Part shown: in pieces, positions 24,551 to 37,300 of the stretch
Layout of the letters: every line of letters begins with the position of its first letter
How positions within the stretch are numbered: position 1 is the first letter of the stretch
Origin: Azolla caroliniana
Taxonomy: Eukaryota; Plantae; Polypodiophyta
Direction of reading: 5' to 3'
Length of the DNA: 64,000 bases
NCBI GenBank assembly: GCA_043228905.1
Contig: JBHGNT010000007.1
Coordinates: 19,778,001 to 19,842,000 of the forward strand
Notes under the pieces: model-generated
The model's database searches: none
The model's input: only the letters and a program-made list of their open reading frames with translations
Told to the model about the DNA's origin: nothing
Program-made: the position numbers and the translations under genes

Positions 24551-24947
24551 ACTTTTTGCTCCACATTGCAAAGAAAAGAAGAAAGTTTTGATTATGCTTT
24601 CTCAACTCAAGCTCCAACTAGATTTCTAGGAGGTTTTCAGTGAATACCTAGCTAGGTTATATAGACAACATGATGCCACAAACTCTCGCATGCAAAACGA
24701 ACACGGGAAGACCTCAAAACGTCCTTGCGACAAGGTTGTGATTCTCCCACTTTTTGCTCCACATTGCAAAGAAAAGAAGAAAGTTTTGATTATGCTTTCT
24801 CAACTCAAGCTCCAACTAGATTTCTAGGAGGTTTTCAATGAATACCTAGCTAGGTTATATAGACAACATGATGCCACAAACTCTCGCATGCAAAACGAAC
24901 ACGGGAAGACCTCAAAACATCCTAGCGACAAGGTTGTGATTCTCCCA
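24551..24947. repeat. ~198-bp near-perfect tandem duplication
   Basis: ACTTTTTGCTCCACATTGC...CAAGGTTGTGATTCTCCCAC is repeated at 24551 and 24749. Confidence 0.92.
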
Positions 24948-26059
24948 CCAAGATTGCTACGAATCACTCCACCCCGTAAACCTTGTGGGAGTGAATTCTA
25001 CTCCGAAAGGCATTGATCCTTTCTAGCAAATTCCATGATAGATTCTGAGAGGTTTTGGGTATATACTTGCCTAGGCTATACATATAGACAAAACACGTGA
25101 CATTCTCGAGTCTAGTGGAACGAATTGTTACTTGTATAAAGCAAGCACAGGAAGAACCCAAAAAAATGTATGGGCGAGAAGGTGGTGAGTCTCCCGGCAA
25201 GATTGCTACAGATCACTCCTCCCACCCAAAAGATCGTCCAGACGAATCCCATTCTGAAAGGCATGGATCGTTTCCCTGCGAGAGTTCCGTGCCCGAAAGG
25301 AAGTGGATAGTGCAGGCGAGCTTGCACGAAGAAGAAAAGGTGGGTCGATCATTATGGCTTCCGAGAATATCATAGGATCGGAAGGCCACATCATGGATGC
25401 ACTTTTATTTATCAGATCAAAAGCAAACCCCTTCCACACATCAACACCAACAACAACAAAAAGAAGAAGAAGGAGAAGAAGGAGAAGGAGAAGGAGAAGG
25501 AGAAGGAGAAGAAAAGAAGAAAAGAAGTAGTGTGCACTGTGGATCATAAGAAGAAAGGAGGATAGGGTGCCACGTGTCAGCAGCCACAGATACACACACC
25601 TCTACCCTTCAATGTCCTCACAACACTCAGAAACCCTAATTCATCCTCCCTCCCCTCCCCCTTCCCCTTCACCCACCTCAGAAACCCTAATTTATCTCCT
25701 CATCATGGATCTCCTGAGTAAAACTCCAAACCCTCTCTTGGACAGCTCCATGCCCTCAGACATGCATCAGAAACCCATTTTACCCTGCTGGGTATCCTAA
25801 AATTTTCAGGTGCTGGGAACCCTAATTTGATCACATGCTGCAATGCTGGGGACCCATCAGAAACTCCATATCCTCGGGTTGCATGCATCATAAACCCTAA
25901 TTCATCATTAGACATCCTAACGCATCATCGTCAGACCTAATTTTCTACCTTCAATGGCATTAATATAAATTGAAGTAAGCAATTGATTGGCCCTCAGACA
26001 AAAGGGCATTCATTTCTTTATCAGTTAGTTAATTAGATTTATTTATTCATTCATTCGAA

Positions 26060-29000
26060 ATGGGCGATTTGGCGGGAGCATTGGGTGGACGGATTCATGC
26101 CGCAGGAACATCATCAATCTTTGTTGCAGAGAAATTGGCTCCTTCAGATTTTAGGGTTTTCACCTGCCATTCCGAATATAAAACTCTCATTCGCACAAAG
26201 ATGAAAAGCTCTTATGAGAACTCGATACCACATGATGCAACGACTCGGGATCATGCCATGCAATCATCATCATCGCCATCGCCATCACCATCACCACCAT
26301 CATCCTCATCATCATTGATATCATCATCAAGTATTCAATTACCAGGTTCTTCTTCATTGCCTACTACTACTACCTTCTTATATAATGGGCTCATTTTATG
26401 TGATATTATGCATTTGGGGGCGATTGCACCCAAGAAAATCCTAAAGCACCAAGATGAAGGTTTCCTTATAGAGATTAGAAGATCCCTCTTAGAAAACCAA
26501 TATTGGGCTTCCACAAGAGAATTAGCATCTAATTATGGTTTTCGTAGACAAGTCGATGGGCTTACCGATACACACATTGAGTCTAGTAATTCATCGTCCA
26601 TTAATAATCTACAATGTCCATCATCTACACATCATCGACTCTCAGCTCGGGAACGCCGTCTTCTTGCGAAGAAATGGCCAAGGAAAAGTAGTCCCCATGT
26701 CATAACATCCAGCGTGAATCATAAGCCCAATCACAACCCAATCTGTAGTACCATATCTGGGGTAACTTCACGGAAGGTTCGAAGTGGCTTGACCGGTAAT
26801 TTTACTCTCGATTCTATCAACACATTGGGTTACATGAGAGGGAGGAAAAGGGAGCTCCTCACCAAGGAGCAAGAAGTTTTATTGTCAAAGAAGATGAAAG
26901 TGGGTCAAAATCTACGAAATGCACGCAAAACGTTAGCATCCTTTGCCCTTCTTCTATTAATCATTTACTTATGCATCTATTATGTAATTTAGCTGTTTAA
27001 TCTTTCAACAAGAATCAACTCCAGGTTAACAACTATGTTAGGATACGAGCCTTCAAATGAACTTTGGGCTATGAGTGTCAAACTGTCTTTAAGAGAAGTG
27101 CAAACGAAACTTTTGGAAGCTGATAGGGCAAGAGAACAAGTTTTTATATGCAATTTAAGGCTTGTGGTCTCGATTGCAAGGAAATACTCTGCTTTTGGGG
27201 TTAACCTTACAGATCTCATCCAGGTGATTCTTGTCTTTCATAAATTCTCATCTTTTGACTAATCTACATATCTTCTGCTAAATTTATTTTCATCTCTAAT
27301 AGTTAAGATTAATTCATCTATGACAAGAGCATTGAACTAAGAGTGAAATCCATAAAGATGTAAAGGTGACAAGTAACTTGAGTTAATATTAAATGATAGC
27401 GATGTGTTATGCTAGGAAGGTGCCATGGGGCTTCTCCGAGGTCTCGAAAAGTTTGATCACAAAAAAGGCTTCAAGTTATCCACATATGTGCATTGGTGGA
27501 TTAGGCAGGTAAAAATGAATTGTTGCTATACAAGACAATAGTATAAGATTATTACATTTGACATATAATCAGACTGTATTTAAATGTCGATATTATACAT
27601 GTAACTCTATACAAATCATTTGAATGTGTATATTTGAACTGCACTACAGAGTATCACACAAGCACTTGCCCAAAACTCAAAAACGGTGAGAATACCATCG
27701 TATATGTATGGGAAATTGATGCTTCTCAACAAAACTATGGAGAGATTACGACGTCATGGGAAACATGTGTCAATTGAGGTATTCATCTACACTCCATTCA
27801 TCAACTGCCATCTACTTCATCTGTTTTAGTTTCAACAAGTTTCATGTCATTTCTAATTGGTTACTTAATCTAATTACTATGCATATTTTTCTCATGATAC
27901 CATTTTCCCATCTATTCATTTAGAACAAAAGAATCTCACAAGAAAAAAGCATTTGTCTCATTATTTTATTTTCAACATGGCTTATGTTGTGTATGCAATC
28001 CTTTTTTTAATGTGGCTTCTATTTTGGAATTCAAAGACCCTTGCAAGCACTTTAAACATGCCAGAAGAAATGGTATCAGTTGCCTTAAAGGTATTGGATA
28101 ACACCTTGAGAATGGTATTGGTTGATTATCTGAGTTTATTTCAACAACATCGATCCTAATTAAGTTTTCTTTTCTGTTTGGGGGGATTTCTCTAATTTTC
28201 TTTCCACTAGGCTACAAAAAAGATGGTATCACTTGATAAGCCAAAAAGATGGAGAAATTTCAACTCAGCAGATGATTCTCTCCATAATGTAACACATTTC
28301 TCAATCTTGTAGAAATCCTGATTTCTTTAGTATATTTAACTTAACATTTTATCAAAAAGGAACTTTTTTTCTCTTCAGTTTGTTGCTGATCCATGTTATG
28401 AAAATAACCCATGGCATGTGGTGGACAACATGTATTTAAAAGTAAGTTGTGATTACATACTTTCTTCTTGCTTGTTTTGTCTAAAATCTATACTAAGCTG
28501 AGCACAGAACTTTACAGTTTTGCTTGTTATCACAATATTAATGTATCGCTTGCTTGTAATTCAAACACAGCTATGCTCATCTTGTTTACATTGTTTCAGG
28601 GGGATCTTGATGATCTTCTCACTTGGACTCTTCCTGAGAGAGAGCAAGAGATAATCCGTATGTATCACGGGTTGCATTGTCCAGAAGGACATGGAATGTC
28701 ATTTGCAAAGATCGGACACAGGTAAATATATATATTCTCTTTTGTATCTTACTTGGAGCATTTTTATTTAATGATTACGGATGTTTATAGTATTTCACCC
28801 CACGAAAAATACTAAGAGAGAAACACGGGCTCTGCATAATATGGAATAAAATATCCCTTGCTTAATGTGGCATGACATAGATTATTAATCAGCCTTATGA
28901 AACAAGAACACAAGACAAAACATGGGAATTGAACTACAATTTAATAATTTGACAGCAGTATGCTCCAATGAGTCCCTAGTGAAAAAACATTTTTTTTCCC

Positions 29001-29486
29001 ATGAATTACTAATTAAAAGAAGGTACAAATGATGTATAACTCGAAAGGATGAGGAATACTTTGGTTCAATTTGACATCTGGGATCTAATTCACTATTGTC
29101 GAATCAATCAATTCCATGCAGTACATATAACACATAGGTGTTGAACATTTAGTTCAATATTATGCTTGTACATGATGATGAGGCACACTAGATTGATTTG
29201 TTATCCATATCAATATTTGTCAGGATTTTAATTGGAGTAATAGAAGAAAGCCTTTACAAAGGCATTGATTATTCAGTCATTGAACTTTTACCAGTGTAGC
29301 ATTCCAAGTTTTTATAAAAATATAAGTAATTTGGAACAATATCTGATACATTGTTGGCCGTTCTTTGGGGTCTGTCATAGGATTGGGATCTCAAGAGAGA
29401 GAGCACGACAATTAGAGGGAACGGCATTGCGCAAACTTGGTGTGGCAAGCCAAGAAATTGGAATGGGAATTCCTCTTTCATCTTGA
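26060..29486 (+). CDS. SIG1: Nuclear-encoded plastid RNA polymerase sigma factor (SIG1-like), ~9 exons
   Basis: Ser-rich N-terminal extension and sigma70 regions: [12 protein letters not shown] (1.2), [12 protein letters not shown] (2.1), [27 protein letters not shown] (2.3-2.4) and [11 protein letters not shown] (4.2). The GLLRG.EKFD and NPWH motifs point to SIG1. Exons approx. 26060-26931, 27025-27222, 27416-27508, 27650-27778, 28037-28090, 28211-28288, 28379-28441, 28600-28721, 29381-29486. Confidence 0.9.
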
Positions 29487-31329
29487 GCATTATTGTACCT
29501 AAGTTTTGTATCTTTGTACATCTTGTTATATTAGTGGATGCTGGGAAATTCGCATAGAAGGTAAATGCTGGATCACTGTTAGAATCTCATTTACCAATAC
29601 TTAATGTAGATTTATACCGAATTTATGTGATCAATATATGTGAAATATGGCAATGTATGTAATGAATATACCAAGCAAGATGACTCAGAAGAAATCATGA
29701 CTCTTGCCTGGCAATTATAACATATTTTGAAAACCCTAAAAATGAGTTCACCTAGTCCACATTTATTACGAAGTGGAAATTCTCGTGATGTCAAAAGATT
29801 TTGTCAAAAATATCCTCTGAAATTGTTGTAAAATGATATATTCTTCATTATAAGTTGTATAATGAATGAGAAGAGTTTTGTGATGAATTGGGTTAATCTT
29901 CACTTAATTGCACCAAAGGCATTCATTAAATTTGTTGTAACATGGTATGTTCTTCATTATAAGTTATACAATGAATGAGACGAGTGTAGTGGGGAATTGG
30001 GGGATGTCGACTTCATAGCACCAAAGAAATTGAAATCTATCCCCTGACCCGAGGAAATGATGGAAATGAAGGAGATCATTGAGCGAGAACGAAGATGGAA
30101 ACATAGATGAATGATGGTAGTTGAAGGAAAAAATGTAAAGTTGTACATAATCACAAAATAGTGGCTCTGTATGAGAGGGGAGTTTACAGTTTTGATCAAG
30201 GTTGGATAAAGATTAAGCTCATCAAAATTGCACATGTGCAAACAAATATTCCAATTAGCATAGCAATGTACATGTTTGTTGTGGGCAAGGAATTGCTGTT
30301 CACAACTTAGACGGCAGCTATTGAATTATGATGGGTGCTTTCAGATGATCAAGAAGTAAAAACCAGAATGAGATTATAAATGCTCGAAAGATGATTTTGA
30401 ACAAAGATTAAACATAGAAATAGTTATTTCTGTATTGTTTGTGGATACACGCAACAGAGCTATGTGTGATTATTTGCAAAGTATTGACAAACTATAAAAG
30501 GTCTATCCCTTATCCCTTATAAAACGTCTCTCATATGGAGTACTAGTTTAATCAATGGGATATTAAATCCTTTGGCAAATGTCTACAATTAGCTTTTCCT
30601 AGTACTTTCAAAAGATTTTGCTTTGCTCTTTACATGAGGGAGAGTGAATGGGTTGGTCATGTTTTCCCATTCAAATATTAACGAAGTTTCAGTCATACTA
30701 AGTGCCACACAATAGGTAACCTCCATGACTGCACATCCCTGAAAGCTAGGGAGAATTTTCTCTCAAGTGCTCCTCCACATAAAGAAGAGACAAGCCAATA
30801 GCTAAAACCGTAACCAGAAACTTAAGGTTTTATATAAAGCATCAATTGCGTGCAATGACTTACCTTGATGTTCAAATTGTTTTAAAATAGATGTGCTACC
30901 CAATTCTTTAGACTAAAACTGATAATATAAAAACATAAATCATAAGTTTTATAACCACTACATAGGCAACTTTACACATTAAATATATGTCAATTGTTAA
31001 TGGATTGTATCACTTTATCCAAAGATATTCAAATGTGTACATGTACATACTGCCTCCATAATTCACTTTAATATCATCAAACAAGTATGTATTAATCTAT
31101 GATGTGCCTCAGAAGATCGCTTAGATCTAACAAAACCTAAATCTAAGGGACTACAAGTAAGGGGATAGAAGAAAGTAAGTGTAAGTGGTGGACTGTAATG
31201 AAAACTTCCAATACAGAAACTATCTCTGTAGCCAAAAGAGGAAGACTAGTATCCAGCCTAAATTATTGTTATGCAATATATCACAATTCTCGACCAAGAA
31301 AAGTATCTTCTCTTCCACTGGGAGAGATC

Positions 31330-34300
31330 TCAACAAAGTACATAGACAAGATCTCCCGGACGTAAAACCTCCTCTCGAGGGGGATTTGTATACACGTATG
31401 ATACAGATGAAGAGGATGAATTACAAGAAGACGAAAAAGATGATCGATAAAGGCCAAGCGCCAACCAATGTTCATCATACAATAAGCCCACCAAGAGTTG
31501 TCCAAATGTGAGACCTTCATAATCCTTGGGCAATGGCATCTGTTCAAGCCTCACCCCGAGTTTTTTCTCTCCACTCACACCTTCCACTACTTCTCCACCT
31601 GATATCAACTTCTCTGTGATTGCCACTGTGTTGCGGTTGAAGAAGAGGGCATAACTAGACATATTAAAAGCAAGCACCCAATATTTATCGATTCATCTTT
31701 CCAGAACTTAGAATTATCACATATGCATGTGTTTTGCATGGCACATGAACGTGACATGAAAAAAAAAATGTACACAGCACCCATTTACCATAACCATACC
31801 TATGTATACATACATATATGAAGTTGTATGTGTGCACTCACATATGCATCTCTAGCGTGGCAAAATTACATCAGTGCCCATTGCACACATGCATGAATGG
31901 AACCATGGTATGCTATATATGTATTTACTATCGGTGGCCAATAGTATATACATAAATAGGTACAATTTTCTTATAATGTTTTTCTACAATTGTAAAATTA
32001 CCGAAAGGGGTGATTGGGTTCAGGTTTTTCGTGGACATTGGTAACAATACTAGTTGGTTTTTACAAACAACAAGAGAAGCATGCTACTGTAGCAGTTTGA
32101 CATGTCAATTGAAGTTCTCTTGTGTGCATTATTTTGATGCCATTTTTTATCCTATTTCTCTTATGATCCTTCGTTTCCTTGATTTATCAAAATCAATGAG
32201 GCAAGCACTACCTTTCTCTAGAAACAGACAATATAACAGATATATAGATGCCTTCATATTTCTATACAGCACGTTATGAGCATCATGCCTATCTACATCC
32301 TCTATTATTTTGTATCAATATTTAGTGAGATGATCAAATTTCTTTGTGAGATGACCTACATATAATACTATAATCTATTTGTTTACTAAAACAAACTTAA
32401 ATAGATTTACCATAATGGCTTTTCAGCAACATATCACGGTTGTTTGCACATTTATTAACTTACAGTAAGAAGGTGAGAGACTCCGGACAAAATCCTTTGC
32501 CTTCAACAAATGCTGGAGCAAATAGGAATGTTGCTGAGCGATTGCGGTTATAGAGTAATTGATCAAAGCGACGCGGGTTAATGCGCAATTTGGGCCGTAG
32601 TAACTGTATCTCTGTCTCTTGATGTAGCTCTACAATGAGACGACCTTGCACAGGATGTAGCAACCTCTCAATTGTAGCTGCAATTAGTATATTGTCAATA
32701 TCCATTATAGTAGATGAGGATGGTGTGAGGCACCGTTCACCACTTATTGGATCTCTACCACAATCATTGCCTCCTCGAGATGCTAAAACCACAACCTTTG
32801 CTGTTACACCAGGGTGTAAAACCACAGTTGAGATAATGGTGAATGAAACAACATCAGCTTTTCATTAAGGAAAAAAATCCCTTATGCATGTTCACATATT
32901 GCATGTGTATCTTTCTTGGTTTCGTTTAGTAGCATGTGTTTCAAACCCTTGGGTTGTGAAAAGTGAATTTTGTGGACATAAACCACGAAATTCTTTCACA
33001 TTGTTCTTTAGTATATAATGTCTTGTTTTCTTGAGCTTAGGCATATTTTGTTGGCCAAAAAACAATAGAAGAAAGAACTAACCTGCTTGTAGCACCCCAG
33101 CACGCATCAGATCAATTTCATGGATTGGTGACCCCTGAAGAAAATAAACATCATCGAACATGCCGACACAGCCCCAGTCCATGGCAGTTGGCTTGTGAGG
33201 ATGAATGATGACGATTGGTGGATTGGGCAACAAAGGAGACCTCAAGTGTGACACGAAACAAAATATATTTTCAGGCCATTTCCCATGCATACATACCAAC
33301 ACATGGGGCTTACTCAAATGTACGAGTGCTAAAGTTCTTTCTTCTAAATTCTTTTGGATAATATCAGCTCTCTTCTCTAGGATCGGAAAATCTGGCTTCT
33401 CATGTTTCAATGGTGGCCATTGTATAATCATCTCTACAGCGTCTTGCAATGAATACAGCTTCTGTGGCTCAGGATCTTGATTTTCCTCCTTGAATCCTTG
33501 GGCCACCTCCGAATTCAATTGGTCGATACTTGACGTAGCTACAATCTCCCTTAACTGTGTTTGCACATCTGCTCTATGGCCTGACTTCATCATACCATAA
33601 CTCACGAACCCAGATGCCTTTTCTCTTTTCTCCCTTGATGTTGACGATCCTGATCCATCATCAAACTTACAGCGCTTGCTCCTTTTATTTTTTACATAGT
33701 GAATCAGCAAGTCATCACGTTCATAATTTGTTTTAAAATTCTCGTTACTCTTCTTGTACAACTTAGAAGACCAAGGAGCCCATTCCTCACAATATGTTGA
33801 AACCTTCTCTGCCACAGAGAGATCCATCGCAATTACTAATCCAATATCAGTTTTTTGTATTAAGCGTTGCCTTGGAAAGAGCAAGACTTCACGTATGTCG
33901 TCATCTATGGAAATGTCAAGGCCAAATAGGATTATTTCAAATTTGAGATAGACTATCTCCACTACCTGCAATGAAAAAGTAAGATATCACAAAAGTTCCA
34001 ATCCCCTTTGTAAGCATAAAAGATCAAGAAAGAAATAGAGGCTCATATTCGCCAAACAGCTAATTTTTCTTGCGGACACTTTTGAATAGTTGTTAGGATC
34101 AAGGTTTCCGACATATTCATCAAAAGTGTTATAGGAAGTAGAAAGATTAGTCAAATATTTCGATACTTTTGGTGGTTAATAAAGATCTCGGAAATAAACC
34201 ACCTCCTCAAAAAACAATTGATGCTCATAGAAACATGAGGGTAAGATGATAGGATATATCTCCTGTTGCTGTCCATGGCAATATTGCTGCATCCAGTGCC

Positions 34301-37300
34301 CAGTCACCATTGGATTGCATACTTTCAGCCCTGCTTTAAATAGATTGACTACCAAAGTAGAAATGCCTTTTATTTGACAGCTGCAAAAAGACAACATACC
34401 CATTAAAAAATCTAAAATAACATGATTCTGGAAATAATGAATGAATGTGTTCTTTGAATACATAGGAGACACAAGCACCTCCGGGCAAGAAGTTGGTAAC
34501 TGATGGCTTCTGGACATACAATTTCAATGCCACCGTCTGCATCATCCCAGATTGGGTTATCTTGGTTCTCGGGCTTCAGCATTTCCACTATCAGCCGCAC
34601 ATTAGAGCCACAGTATCGATGAACTGACAACGCACGCATGATTTGTGCCGCATCTTCAGCATGTAGATCCTGGTGTTTAAAATTTTCAGACGTAATTTGA
34701 CTTGATCTTTTTAGTAGAAAGCTAATGATAGTAAGGAACTAACTAACCTTTGCCAAGTGATCAGCCATTAGAAAGAAGGCAGATGCAACATTGGCACTTA
34801 CACGCTCAAGATCAGAATTTTTAAGAGGTGTACCCTCAATAAACTCAACACGGCCTTTGTATTGTGTCAACAAAACTTTCATTTCAAATCTGGAAGTCAA
34901 AGATCAATCTTAGGCAGCCTATTAAAGATATATCATTATATAGACTTAATCTTGGGTTGTGAGGAGATCTTACGTAGGCTTAAAAGGAGCCATGATGACC
35001 ATTCGGAGGGGTAATGTTCGCATATCTACAAATGATGAGAGCATAAGGGCACTTAGAGGCAGTGATTCCGTATTAAACAGATAAAACGAGATTTTTTATT
35101 CAACAATGGACCTTTCGCATGTGAAGGATGATAGAATTCTGAAAGGAAGTCTTCCACAGATTGATAAGATAGATTTCCACTCACAATAATGTACCGAGAA
35201 CCCACAATCTTCCTCACGGCATATGTACCTCCGTAGGGCCTGAAAACAGAACATCAATTATTATGTGAAATGATCAGAAACACAACCTCGACTTGCAACA
35301 AGCCATGAGGGAAACCTTCTAGATGCAAGCTCCAATAACTTATTGATTTCCACCGGAATGAACACAATAGCTACAATGATGATGAGTATGGCAATAAGAC
35401 GGCCCCAATCGGATTTTAACGTGATGTCACCATATCCCACGGTAGAAACCTGGCCACTTAACCCATAAATTAATCTTGTATATATTAGAGAGATGCTCAA
35501 CTTGAAAATACAACATGAAAACAATCACTTACTGTGACTATTACAAAATACAAGGCTTCATAAAAACTTAGACAGCCATGGTGAGCACAATCATTGTCAT
35601 CCAGGACAGATCTGGGTGTAGCTCGCCACTCAACCCATTGTAACACTCCAGCTGCTAGTGTAACTGCAAGCATTTGCTATATAGTTAAGCCCGTGTCAAC
35701 AGTATCTACACCGCACGTGAAAAAAATGACATTCATATTATTGGTTCAAAATACAACAATAGATTCTCGTAGATATCAATGTCATCAGCACCACATATAA
35801 TGAAATTTGTATTTAATTGGATAAACGAAAAAAGCTCAAAAACTTTGGTTTAATACACCTTTTGCATGTCCATAATTTCCTCGGATGCATACATATTCTA
35901 TATGAGATTGTTAGTTAAATATAACAATTCATTATTGAATATGCATAAAAACTCCTTTGGAAACACAGAACCCACTGAAAAAATCACTTCTACAATTCCT
36001 GTAAATATAGATTCTGAAAATGCTATATCTACATCTGTGGCATAGTATATAGGCGTTTGTAGAATTCCACTGTAGCATCCTCTGACGATTCAATAGCACT
36101 TTTTTTGTTTTTTCAACATGCTCGAAAATATTTTTGGGTAACGAACGTTTTCTAAAATGTCTTTTTTGCTTAATCCCACCATAGCTATTAGTAAGGTCAG
36201 AACAGATATCTTGCGTTTCTATCTGATTGCGAGCCCAGATTCTGTCTCTCTTATCCATCTGTGATTTGAATCTTCCTCCCCAGTCTGAAATTACAGTGCT
36301 AGTACACGCTGAGACTCCCCTCTGAGTATATACCAACTCAGAAAATAAAGATCCACACCTATTGCCATTGGAGACTTGATACGTAATGAATTGAAAGAGA
36401 AGTAGAGGAGAGGATATCAAAAATATACGTGAACGTGGTGTTGTATGTATCTTCCGATTGGTTCATAGATAAAACATTATAACATAAGCTCTTAAGTTCG
36501 AGCTCATATAGTTGTGTGACCTAATAATGAAGAATAGGATATATATTTTGCCCATCAATGGATGTGCTAAAAACTATGTATCTTTTATCTTGGAACAGAC
36601 ACTGAAAGATCAATCATTTTAATGATGAATTTTGAAGCTTTACTTACAGACACTGAGGATATATGCAATCAGCTTGAAGATTTCTTGACCAATGGCTCCT
36701 CCCGGAAGCACCCAAGATGACAACAATGGTACCGCCCTGGTCAATATGGTTTATTTGATTATAAATATATGTCTGTTTACCCTTCAGCAAAACATTAACT
36801 AGTCCTATAAAGTAGAAGATTAGGAATAGTATATATAGGTCAGAAATATAATCACCTTAAAACTCGAAATACCAGGAATAGTTGGGGTATTGCAGCATTT
36901 TCCATCAATCCACTGTCAGATACAATCAATTCAATTTTTGTAATACAGAAATAGTTTATATAAAACGAGTATTTACTAATGCAAGATGAAATTACCTGGT
37001 CAGGATGAAAAAAACTGGAAGAGTACTTATTAGGTCAATGATTCCATTTGCAGAGAGGACGTAATAGAGCCGAACTGGAGCACTATGATGATAAAGAGGA
37101 AAAAAATAAAAAAGAATGTACAATTTCTTTTTCATGTACATGAAGAGAACACTAGGTCTAAATAGTACATGAGGACCAAACCAAGAAATAAGCTGAAAAA
37201 ACCGTTCGACCTCTTCAGAGAAAGTGAAAGAAAGATTAGCCTAACATATCTGAAGGGATCAAAATGGCATATTTGACTCAAATCAGAATTGAAACTACAA

